IMG/VR virus record: IMGVR_UViG_3300033148_008025
Coordinates: 32,001 to 96,000 of that record
DNA length: 64,000 nt
From: a virus
Strand: one strand, 5' to 3'
The notes beneath the pieces are model-generated. The model ran no database searches. It was not told the origin of the DNA and saw nothing but the letters and a program-made list of their open reading frames with translations. Positions 47,076 to 55,569 of this stretch are shown in pieces (within the stretch, counting starts at the first letter, position 1; each line of letters opens with the position of its first letter). A program made the translations under genes and the position numbers.

Positions 47076-47411
47076 TTACTTGCGAATCAGGCTTACCGCC
47101 CACTTTGCAATAGTGAGAAGGCCGTTGGCTGCCATGCCCGCGGTCTCCTCACTCCCACCACCCTTAAATGCTGCGTCGACAAGCCCCGCGGGGGCTGCTT
47201 CCGCTGCATCGGACACTGCGCCCTTTGAGCCACTAAAGATGCTGCCAGCAGCACCTTTGATCGCCCCCCCAGCCTTTCCAAGGGGCCCTTTCGCTGTTGC
47301 AATTGCAGCCGTTGTTGCAACGGTTGTTGCCGCCGTTGAGATGATTGGATGCTTTCCGCAAGCAGCGACCTCTTTCTCAGAGATGGTGTCAAATATGTTT
47401 CTTTTTTCCAT
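47076..47411 (-). CDS. small Ala-rich protein
   Basis: Ends at the terminator; a degenerate motif GGCATAGC lies at 47493-47500. Confidence 0.55.
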   Translation of the reverse strand: MEKRNIFDTISEKEVAACGKHPIISTAATTVATTAAIATAKGPLGKAGGAIKGAAGSIFSGSKGAVSDAAEAAPAGLVDAAFKGGGSEETAGMAANGLLTIAKWAVSLIRK

Positions 47412-47503
47412 TGGGTTCCCTTTTCTTATGTTGGACTTGGAAGGAATAGTACTGTTTCCTCCTTACATATCTTTTGCCGGTAAAGTCTCAGTGCTATGCC
47501 TAA

Positions 47504-47533
47504 TTGACCGTTTTTGCGGGAGCATGATACCTT
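47504..47533 (+). promoter_or_regulatory. sigma70-like promoter of the head/portal operon
   Basis: TTGACC-N18-TACCTT upstream of 47559. Confidence 0.5.
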
Positions 47534-47558
47534 CACGTAAGGTTTTAGGAGTTCATCA

Positions 47559-48710
47559 ATGACAATTGCCGCAGCCGTTCTCGATTTTTATGACGATAGC
47601 TCGAAAGAGTTGATGACTAAGATTTCATCACCGCAAGGATTTGGTGATACACAGGTCAACGTCCTCACCCCTGAAGAAATGAGTCGTCTCCCCGACTCTG
47701 ACTTCGGACTTGTGATCTTCACGAAGAGGGCTTCCGTACTTAAAAAGTACCCCGTGAACGATCCTGGAAATGCCTGGCTATCAGCTCAGTATTTCGATCA
47801 GACTCATACCAAGCTAGCATTCCCTGCAAGATTTGTTGCAGCAAAGTTCATCAAGCAAGCCTGCGATGCATACGGAGTTCCAGCATCTCCACGAGTGGAA
47901 GCCTACGCAGCTCGTGTGGAACCAGGAGAAGCACAGGAAAACGTTTTTTCCGAAGGATCAGAAAGTCGATGGATGCTTCGAAAGCTTGCCAACCAGGAGT
48001 TCCTGGAAAAACAAGCATCCGCGACCGAGGTCAATGCACTTGTCCACATGCCCGATGAACACTTTGCACTGGTAGTACAGACCGGCGACGGGAGCGTTAT
48101 TCGAAAATACGCAATGCCCGATGGCGGTCACGTCCTTAGAGCAGCTGAATACTTCGACAAGTACGCAATGGACCTAGCCCCTTCCCATCGACATCGCTTT
48201 GCGACATCGGTTCAGAATCGCGCAGAGGAATTAGACGTAGACATATCAGGGAACACGATGCTTTGTAAGTGGGCTGGGGAAACATGGAGTCGCCACGTTC
48301 ACGCACACCTTGAGCAGCGAAAGTCCCTACTTCCTCATCCTGAGCATGAAGGGGCTCGCGGAATATTGGACAAGCTCGCAGCATCCATAGCAGAGACTAC
48401 GCCATCAGATATGGCCTCGGCACTTGAAACCTTTGACGAAGCTACTGGCCTGTCAAAGTATCATGACCGAGGGCTTGCAGATCCGTACTCGAGCACAATG
48501 AACAAAGTTGCTTCATCGTGGTCAGCGGAAGTCGATGGGCAAACGATCACAGAAGCAGACCTGAGGAAAGTTGCATCGACGAAGAAGCTAGCTGGATACC
48601 TTGGGGATACTTTCACAAAGCAGTTCGCGAAAAATCCTGTCGAAATATTCGAATCACTACCAAGTCCCGAGAAATCCATGATCAAGCAGGTCATTAACGG
48701 CGAGGCGTAG
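47559..48710 (+). CDS. putative head morphogenesis protein with a duplicated domain
   Basis: LPDSDFGLV...KKYPVND and MPDEHFALV...RKYAMPD repeats (DUF6582-like from memory); several K-x-A/S sites; AGGAG SD. Confidence 0.55.
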   Translation: MTIAAAVLDFYDDSSKELMTKISSPQGFGDTQVNVLTPEEMSRLPDSDFGLVIFTKRASVLKKYPVNDPGNAWLSAQYFDQTHTKLAFPARFVAAKFIKQACDAYGVPASPRVEAYAARVEPGEAQENVFSEGSESRWMLRKLANQEFLEKQASATEVNALVHMPDEHFALVVQTGDGSVIRKYAMPDGGHVLRAAEYFDKYAMDLAPSHRHRFATSVQNRAEELDVDISGNTMLCKWAGETWSRHVHAHLEQRKSLLPHPEHEGARGILDKLAASIAETTPSDMASALETFDEATGLSKYHDRGLADPYSSTMNKVASSWSAEVDGQTITEADLRKVASTKKLAGYLGDTFTKQFAKNPVEIFESLPSPEKSMIKQVINGEA

Positions 48711-48711
48711 T

Positions 48712-49746
48712 GTGGGAAGACATAGCATCAACAGCGCAGAGGCGGGCTTCTTTAGCTCCCTCCTCTCCGAGGGAGCGTCTATCACCAAGGAAGCCGTATC
48801 ACTTGATAGTGAGACAGCGGAAGCATTGGGCGTTGCAACCGTATCCCCGAGCGTTCTCGACGAAATAGAGAACGAAGCGGAGAAAATTACACAGGAAAGC
48901 AACGCAGACGATGTTGAGCCAAAGCCTGAACCAGAAACATACAACCCATCGCCAGTAGAATTCCTACAGGAAAAAAAACCGGATCCGGAAAAGGCGAAGT
49001 CGGTCGAGCTCGACAAATACGATGGTGACGATACTCCCGCAGAGTCGTCAGATCCATCGCCTCCACTTCCGTCGAGGGAATCACACGGAAAGCTGTTTAC
49101 TGACAAGCGAGCTCATCCACTACAACTCTTTGACACCCTGAATATGAGGTACAGGGAGGACTGGGCTGAGTGGGAACCAGAGACCTTGCAGTGGGCAATC
49201 CGACGAGACTTTAGCCCGCTTGGCGAGCTAAGCCTCAACAAGATTCAGGCCCTGGGCGTTGCCGGAAGAACGAATGTTCCGTGGCTTGACTGGGATATTT
49301 TCGAAAACGCCGGACTTGCCTGGAACGACACCATTCCGATCTTTGGAGCATTCCAGGCTATGACTCCAATGCAAATTGCATTTGCAGTTCACATCCTAAA
49401 CTCGATCAGGAATGAAGAATTCTCTCACGAAGTTAATTCGTATATTGCTGCAATTCTGGATGATCATGGTTTCGTTTACGCCCCGAGCGAATGGTTTGCA
49501 GGTGCCCAGAACATCCTGAGTCGCGGAAGCAAGGTCATGGGGCTTCATGGACAGGTGGAAGATGCCTGGGGCAAAATCAAAAATGTCCCCCCCGAAACAG
49601 TTGAATGGGATTACAGCAATTCGCTGGATGTTCACCTGATGAAGATGGCTGTCATCAAGAAATACCTCGAGGGCCGGAAGCTTCTCCGGAGTAAAGTTCC
49701 CGGAGTAGTGATGGCCTCTACAACCACCGACACCCTTGTGCCATGA
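48712..49746 (+). CDS. hypothetical protein in the head operon
   Basis: 344 aa; acidic disordered N-terminus and Trp-rich folded C-terminus. Confidence 0.7.
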   Translation: MGRHSINSAEAGFFSSLLSEGASITKEAVSLDSETAEALGVATVSPSVLDEIENEAEKITQESNADDVEPKPEPETYNPSPVEFLQEKKPDPEKAKSVELDKYDGDDTPAESSDPSPPLPSRESHGKLFTDKRAHPLQLFDTLNMRYREDWAEWEPETLQWAIRRDFSPLGELSLNKIQALGVAGRTNVPWLDWDIFENAGLAWNDTIPIFGAFQAMTPMQIAFAVHILNSIRNEEFSHEVNSYIAAILDDHGFVYAPSEWFAGAQNILSRGSKVMGLHGQVEDAWGKIKNVPPETVEWDYSNSLDVHLMKMAVIKKYLEGRKLLRSKVPGVVMASTTTDTLVP

Positions 49747-49946
49747 TGAACAGCAAGGAAAGTGAAGAGTTTGAAAGTTCCGCCAGGGCTATTGCTGAAG
49801 AAATTTCCGCATTTAGGCGAGAATGGATCGATAGCGCAGCGGGCGACATACTCGACGAGATGGAAGACTTAGAAAAAGAAGGCTTCGACCCTGCACGAGG
49901 CAGGGGGCGAGGCCCCAGCTGGATGAACGGAGAACAACATGAGTAA
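49743..49946 (+). CDS. small acidic protein
   Basis: Overlaps both neighbours. Confidence 0.5.
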   Translation: MMNSKESEEFESSARAIAEEISAFRREWIDSAAGDILDEMEDLEKEGFDPARGRGRGPSWMNGEQHE

Positions 49947-51093
49947 ACATTTTGCATATTTGATGGATGACGACAGTTCAAACTTCTTCCAGAAGCTAGC
50001 CTGCGAAGAGGCTGACAGAGACCTTCTTCCAGCAACAGCGCCATTGCCGCTGGTGGAAAAAATTGCTGCAGCCAAGGGCATTGACAAGGTTGCAGCCCGC
50101 GTTGATCGCGACATTCAGATTGTTAAAACCGCGGGAGTATCGGGACATAACTTTGGTTCCATTCGTCGTGGGCTAAATTACATCGACGGCCTGGTTCAGC
50201 GTGAACAGTTCAGCGTTGAGTCGGCTGGGACAGTTTTTGACAAGGTTGCATCCGCTGCTATCGAGCATGACCTATCCATTATCGAGCATGACCTTCGAGG
50301 TATGGTTGGCCACGAATACAATGAGTGGGTCGACAACACCGTCGCCGACATAGGACTAGACCTGGTTAAGGCCGCCGCACTCGACAAGGAAGCTCTTATC
50401 GGAGTTGTGCGGGCATTCAAGGCGACGAAAGGACTTAGCGGAGCCTCGCGGGCAAGGGCAGTTGCAAAGGCTCCAGGACAGTCATTCAAGCAGTGGCGAA
50501 CGGAAGCAGCAGTAGCCAAGCGCGGCAAGGCTGCCAAAAAGCTAAACAGGGCAACGAGGAAGGCTCAAACATCGGTTCTTTCTAGCGCAAAAGAAATGAG
50601 GACAGCAAGGAAGATCAAAGACCCGGCTATTCAGCGAAGTGTCATGCCAGGTATCAAGACGCAAGCTGCAAAAGATGCCGCTAAACATCAAAAGCGAATA
50701 CAAAAAGCATCCGACGCTCATTCAAAGCGACAAGCCAAAGTTCAACAGCGTGAAGCCATTGAGTCTGGCCGTAAGCCTGCCGCTAAGCCGAAAGACACAA
50801 AGCAGCTCTCAGACAAGATAGAGACGGCCCAAGGCAAGATGGAGACCGGGCGTAGCCAGGCAAAGGACAAAGCTGCCGATGCCGCAAAAGGAGGAAAGCC
50901 CTCGAAAGCGGAACCTCCGAAAACAGAGCCTGGGAAGACGAAGGCAAACGCGGGCGGCGAAAAAGAGACAGGAATGCTCGATTCACTGGGCAAGCTGAGG
51001 GATAAGGGGTGGAAGAACCTCAGCCCTGCTGAAAAAAACAAGGTTCTTCAGGCAGGAGCAGGAGCCTATGTTGCCAAAGAAACGCTAACCTAG
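49939..51093 (+). CDS. putative internal head protein with many K-x-A sites and a very basic C-terminal half
   Basis: FQKLA, VEKIA, IDKVA, IVKTAG, FDKVAS, LDKEA, then a Lys/Ala/Arg-rich region. Confidence 0.6.
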   Translation: MSKHFAYLMDDDSSNFFQKLACEEADRDLLPATAPLPLVEKIAAAKGIDKVAARVDRDIQIVKTAGVSGHNFGSIRRGLNYIDGLVQREQFSVESAGTVFDKVASAAIEHDLSIIEHDLRGMVGHEYNEWVDNTVADIGLDLVKAAALDKEALIGVVRAFKATKGLSGASRARAVAKAPGQSFKQWRTEAAVAKRGKAAKKLNRATRKAQTSVLSSAKEMRTARKIKDPAIQRSVMPGIKTQAAKDAAKHQKRIQKASDAHSKRQAKVQQREAIESGRKPAAKPKDTKQLSDKIETAQGKMETGRSQAKDKAADAAKGGKPSKAEPPKTEPGKTKANAGGEKETGMLDSLGKLRDKGWKNLSPAEKNKVLQAGAGAYVAKETLT

Positions 51094-51114
51094 TGGTAGT
51101 CTCCTCGTAGTCCA

Positions 51115-53157
51115 ATGGCAAGCACGCAATCAGGATCTTTGGATCGACGTCGGGGAACGGTATATCCATCACCGTTCTTTGATATCGCCCAGACATATAT
51201 GCCGCCAACCGTGAAAGAACTTTTCCGGTGGTGTGCATATTTCTTTTACAAAGATCCAATGATCGGCTCGGTGGTCACGAAGATCGCCGAGTACCCTGTT
51301 ACGGACTTTGTCTACAACGCAAGCCAAAAACATGTTCGCGACGGGTGGAAAGAAATCCTCGAAGACACGCTGAACATGAAACCGTTCCTCATAGAGGTCG
51401 GGCTAGACTACTTCGCATACGGCAATGCATTCATCAGTATCAACCTCCCATTTACACGATGGATCCAGTGTCCCAGTTGTTCGAGTCTTTACAAACTGGA
51501 AGATGAATCCTTCAAGTTCTCGTTCAAAAATTTCGAGTTTCACTTCGAGTGCAAGGACTGTAAATCCAACGTAGTTGGGAAGATCGTCGACAATCCAATA
51601 AGAGATCGCACTGGAATCAATTTCGTCCGGTGGGACCCCAAGAACATAGACATTCACTACAATCCTATTACTGGAAAGTCTAAGTACCGGTACCAGATTC
51701 CAAACAAGATCAAGAAGGCAATCCACAAGGGTAGCCGTGAAATACTGGTCGACATCCCAGAGATTTTCTTCATCGCGCTCAAGAAGAAAAGGGACATACA
51801 GCTATCAGACCAGAACCTTTTTCACTTCAAGCGTCCAACGCTCGCAGAGCAAGACATGGGATGGGGGAAGCCACTAATCATCCATTCGATGGGAAGGATG
51901 TTCTACCTCTACGTTCTCAGAAGGGCTCAAGAGGCTATTGCCTTGCAACGCATAATGCCAATGGAATTCATCTTCCCGCAGGCAAATGCTCAGCAAGACC
52001 CATATCAGCACGTAAATTTATCCTCTTGGCAGGGAAACATAGAGAACGAAATTCACAAATGGAGGCAGGACCCCAATTACATCTCAATCGTTTCTGTTCC
52101 GCTCGGCTTTGAACGTCTTGGCGGTGATGGCAGAGCGCTTCTTCTTGGGCCTGAGATTGAAGTCACGAACAAGGAGATCACGGGTGGAATGGGAGTTCCG
52201 TTAGAATTCGTATTCGGAGGGCTGTCTTGGTCCGGATCCAGTGTTTCGCTACGAACACTGGAAAACCACTTCCTGATGTATCGCCGACTTCTTCTTCGAT
52301 TTGTAAACTGGTCAAAAAATCGAATCAGGCTGTACCTTGGACTTCCCGATATCGACATTGGATTCACAGAATTCAAGATGGCTGATGACGTTCAGCGAAA
52401 ACAAATTGTCATCCAGCTTAACGCTGCCAATAAAATCTCAGACCATACCATGCTCACAGAACTTGGATTTGATTACGACGATGAGCAGGAGATGATAGAG
52501 AAAGAGACCGATCAGCGAAACCAGATTCAGGCGATGACGATGAAGGCTCAGGCAGAAGCACAGGGTGAGTCATCCATCGTCTCCGCAAAGTATCAGGCAA
52601 GAGCGCAGGAAACTTTCCAGGAAGCACAGGGGGCGATCTCTGGCGGGCAACCTGGGCAAACAGAGCAAGCGCAGGCGCAGGTATCAGAAGGCCAGGAGCA
52701 GAACCCTGAAGAGGGCGGAGGGCAGCCTCGGCAACAACAAGGCGAACAACAACAGCCTCAGGACGGGCAACAGCAGATAACGCAAATCCCAACTTCTGCA
52801 CAAGGAATCGGAAAGTCCGAGGATCAGTCCATGGCTGCACAAGCCGCTGCACAGGGTGCTGCACAGGGCCAGGCTGCCGTCGAGGGACAGGCTGGCACTC
52901 AAGCTGGCGGGACTTCTACGGACGTCAAAGACGCCGCGGGGCAGGCAAAGGAGTGGGCCAACATAATCGCCAAGAAGCCACCAGAGGAGCAGGCAAAGAT
53001 TCTCGCAGAAATGGACAGAAAGTTGCCAGCCATGACAAGGCTGGTGAAACAACTTCTTGCGCAAATGGCTCCCGGAGAGACCTCGGGAGATGCCGCAAAG
53101 AAAATGAAGCCCCTTCCACAGAAGGCCCCACCCAGGCGTAACCAGGGGGTCATCTAA
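51115..53157 (+). CDS. portal protein with Zn-ribbon insertion and Gln-rich tail
   Basis: DPMIGSVV.KIAEYP; DYFAYGNAF; FHFK...WGKP; I.GGMGVP.EF..G..SWSGS; CPSC...CKDC. Confidence 0.7.
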   Translation: MASTQSGSLDRRRGTVYPSPFFDIAQTYMPPTVKELFRWCAYFFYKDPMIGSVVTKIAEYPVTDFVYNASQKHVRDGWKEILEDTLNMKPFLIEVGLDYFAYGNAFISINLPFTRWIQCPSCSSLYKLEDESFKFSFKNFEFHFECKDCKSNVVGKIVDNPIRDRTGINFVRWDPKNIDIHYNPITGKSKYRYQIPNKIKKAIHKGSREILVDIPEIFFIALKKKRDIQLSDQNLFHFKRPTLAEQDMGWGKPLIIHSMGRMFYLYVLRRAQEAIALQRIMPMEFIFPQANAQQDPYQHVNLSSWQGNIENEIHKWRQDPNYISIVSVPLGFERLGGDGRALLLGPEIEVTNKEITGGMGVPLEFVFGGLSWSGSSVSLRTLENHFLMYRRLLLRFVNWSKNRIRLYLGLPDIDIGFTEFKMADDVQRKQIVIQLNAANKISDHTMLTELGFDYDDEQEMIEKETDQRNQIQAMTMKAQAEAQGESSIVSAKYQARAQETFQEAQGAISGGQPGQTEQAQAQVSEGQEQNPEEGGGQPRQQQGEQQQPQDGQQQITQIPTSAQGIGKSEDQSMAAQAAAQGAAQGQAAVEGQAGTQAGGTSTDVKDAAGQAKEWANIIAKKPPEEQAKILAEMDRKLPAMTRLVKQLLAQMAPGETSGDAAKKMKPLPQKAPPRRNQGVI

Positions 53158-53504
53158 TGGCTAAGGCTACCCCTGTTCCGTTCGGAGGAAACTCCACCGA
53201 CCACGGTGAGTTTCATTCTGAAAAATTCAACATCTTCGAAGAAGAGGATATGGTGCAATACTCAGCTCTTCGAACCAAAGCAAATGACGCTTCCTCCGGG
53301 GTTGTCATAGAACAAATCCGAGAGTACACACGAAAGACTACTGAACGAGAAGGTAGCGGTGAAGACGTGTCTGTCATCACAACAGAAGACATCTACCTGG
53401 TAGTGCAGTATTGGAAAAAGAAACCGAAACGGAAAAATGGAGAATCTGATGATGAAATCAACAAAGCAAAAAAAAGCTGGTCGACTGAGCGCACTACGAG
53501 TTAG
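53157..53504 (+). CDS. hypothetical protein
   Basis: TAATG coupling to the portal. Confidence 0.65.
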   Translation: MAKATPVPFGGNSTDHGEFHSEKFNIFEEEDMVQYSALRTKANDASSGVVIEQIREYTRKTTEREGSGEDVSVITTEDIYLVVQYWKKKPKRKNGESDDEINKAKKSWSTERTTS

Positions 53505-54099
53505 CGCACTCGCAGTTTTTGCAACACTTGCAATCGGAGTTTCAACTCCAGTGTTCGCACAACAATTTGACGCAGGCGAAGTTTCCGCTGAGCTGGCAAT
53601 TGCAAGCGACGCAATGCCAGCCCCCGCCGTATCACTGGAGGTAGCCTCTCTGGTCACACCAGGCCCAGAGCTACCCACCTCGGAAGATCAGGCGGATGCG
53701 CGAACCTCCCTTGATAAACTCAGTAGCGAACTTCTGAACATCTTGGTTCCAACATTTGTCTTGCTCATCGGAGCGCTGGCAACGGCACTACTGAATTGGA
53801 CCCGAAAGCGTTTCAAGCTCGATGTTAGCGACAGGCAAATTTACCATTGGTCCACAATCGCAGAAATGGCAGGAGACAGGGCTGCAGAGTGGGCGCGAAA
53901 CAAAGCAAAAGACCTGACTGAAGGAGAAACTGTGCCTGGCCCAGAACTTCTAGAGGTAGCTGCAAACTGGGGCATTGACTATGGGATTGCTCAAGGACTC
54001 CCGGAAATTGGTCGAAGAAAATTCGAAGGCTTAGTTGAGAGCCAGCTTCACGTCAAACGTATCAGTCTTATCGCCGACATCCAGGTAGATGAAAGCTGA
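53449..54099 (+). CDS. exported membrane protein, holin LL-H-like C-terminal half
   Basis: Signal peptide ending VFA-QQ; TM LLNILVPTFVLLIGALATALL; GGAG SD before ATG 53449. Confidence 0.5.
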   Translation: MMKSTKQKKAGRLSALRVSALAVFATLAIGVSTPVFAQQFDAGEVSAELAIASDAMPAPAVSLEVASLVTPGPELPTSEDQADARTSLDKLSSELLNILVPTFVLLIGALATALLNWTRKRFKLDVSDRQIYHWSTIAEMAGDRAAEWARNKAKDLTEGETVPGPELLEVAANWGIDYGIAQGLPEIGRRKFEGLVESQLHVKRISLIADIQVDES

Positions 54100-54526
54100 A
54101 CAACCAGCACCCGATCCCGCGAAGCTCCTAAAGGAGATCAAAGATTTTCTTGTCAAAAAAAGTGAGCCGTCGACTAACTCGGGTGGCCGCAGAAGCAAGT
54201 CATGGCTCTGGGCGATTATCATCCCACTGATCGTTATTGCTGGGATTGCGGTATATTCCTGGACCGCTTTTCGGCGGAATCGGGAGCTTGCCAAACTTCG
54301 CCATGAAAAGTTTAAGCTAGACTTCAGAAAAGAACAGGTCGAACTGTTCGTCGAATTCAACAAAAACTCATCAAAAATCGAAGAAGCAGGCAGAGAGCTT
54401 GCCCTGTCCAGGGATAGGGTAAGAAGCATCGACGCGGACATCTCAGCTCTGGAGAAAAAACATGAAGCAGATCTTGCTGCTATTGACAGTATTCGCTCTT
54501 GGGACGAAGCCGACATACGCAGATAA
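54089..54526 (+). CDS. TM plus coiled-coil protein, i-spanin-like
   Basis: WLWAIIIPLIVIAGIAVYSW followed by a coiled coil. Confidence 0.45.
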   Translation: MKAEQPAPDPAKLLKEIKDFLVKKSEPSTNSGGRRSKSWLWAIIIPLIVIAGIAVYSWTAFRRNRELAKLRHEKFKLDFRKEQVELFVEFNKNSSKIEEAGRELALSRDRVRSIDADISALEKKHEADLAAIDSIRSWDEADIRR

Positions 54527-54926
54527 TACAAAGCCGGCTGCGGGGCTAACCGTTATTCCCGACTGTACACTGAAGAAAATCGGCAACGAAGTCTTCTGCG
54601 TTCACTCACTCGAGGAGTGGAAAAAAGTGATGAAGGCCGACCTTGAAATTGTCTATCTTCGTGAACAGCTAAAAAATTACGAAAGACGCTCTGCCGCTCT
54701 GACCCAGCAGGTGAGACTGCTTACAGGCCAGAGGGATGTGTACGCTGAAAGCCAGGGGCTGATCCTGGGCAGGAATGAAGACATCTCGAATCGGCTCATT
54801 GAGATGAATCGAAAGTATGAAAATGAGAGAGCCAAGCCGTCCTTCGGCCCTCCCGTTGCATGGACAATTTCTGCAGTATCTGCCTCTATTCTTGCCGGGT
54901 TTATACTCAAAGAACAAATGGACTAA
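54462..54926 (+). CDS. signal peptide, coiled coil and C-terminal TM protein (spanin-like, no lipobox)
   Basis: MKQILLLLTVFALG; C-terminal VAWTISAVSASILAGFIL; overlaps 54089..54526. Confidence 0.45.
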   Translation: MKQILLLLTVFALGTKPTYADNTKPAAGLTVIPDCTLKKIGNEVFCVHSLEEWKKVMKADLEIVYLREQLKNYERRSAALTQQVRLLTGQRDVYAESQGLILGRNEDISNRLIEMNRKYENERAKPSFGPPVAWTISAVSASILAGFILKEQMD

Positions 54927-55456
54927 CAGGGGTAGCGGTCGAGCACGCTTCTTTGCTGTGACGGCACTCCTTGGGGCTGAGACGGGTAGTGCGGTGGTGG
55001 AGCTCCCAGTGGTATCCCGTAGCCCGCCGGACCCTGCTGGGGCTGCTGATGCTGCTGGCTAGGGGGGAACCCAAGTGGTGAGCTTCTAGCATGGTTTGGC
55101 ATAGACGGATTTCCTGTCATTGTGCCAAGTGCTGCTATTGGGAGAATCGGTAATCCGCTTCCTTCCCACTTTCCTAGGAAGTGTTGGTAAACCATGGACC
55201 CTGCCGCGAGCATGAATGCCCAGGCGCAGGCCGCGAAAAATGTTCGCATCCCACTGCCAACAGGTGTCTGATTGACGGCCCCTGTGGTGGGGGGGACAAG
55301 CCCAGAATTATCTGTGATAAATCCTGAGGCTGGGACTGCAGCGGCTGCAACTGCAAGAAAACCCAGGTCTGACAGTGTTGGCCCTTTCTTCTTTGCTGTA
55401 ACTCTTCGCTTTTTGGTGGGGAAGCTGTTCTTTGCTAGAACGATGTAACAAATCAT
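54923..55456 (-). CDS. membrane protein with Pro/Gln-rich tail
   Basis: Two or three hydrophobic segments; downstream of a GGCATAAGG motif. Confidence 0.6.
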   Translation of the reverse strand: MICYIVLAKNSFPTKKRRVTAKKKGPTLSDLGFLAVAAAAVPASGFITDNSGLVPPTTGAVNQTPVGSGMRTFFAACAWAFMLAAGSMVYQHFLGKWEGSGLPILPIAALGTMTGNPSMPNHARSSPLGFPPSQQHQQPQQGPAGYGIPLGAPPPHYPSQPQGVPSQQRSVLDRYPC

Positions 55457-55548
55457 TGATTTTCCTATTAGCGGTAGTCGGCGGTTTAATCTTGGTACTA
55501 TTTTCTACGTCTTGTAGAAACGTGGTGGGCGTAATTCATCCTTGATGC

Positions 55549-55557
55549 CCTTATGCC
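55549..55557 (-). promoter_or_regulatory. GGCATAAGG motif
   Basis: Exact intergenic copy, back to back with the RNAP start. Confidence 0.6.
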
Positions 55558-55569
55558 AAGACAATGTAG

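Noticed and set aside
55502-55520. Hairpin TTTCTAC-GTCTT-GTAGAAA resembling a Cas12a repeat handle (possible solitary repeat or RNA anti-CRISPR)
   Set aside because: It is a single 7-bp stem and lacks the AATT 5' flank and the terminal T of the handle. There is no second repeat or cas gene, so chance is likely.
55498-55539. 13-codon upstream ORF (MNYAHHVSTRRRK) after the GGCATAAGG motif
   Set aside because: It is too short to support without ribosome profiling, and it has no convincing SD spacing.
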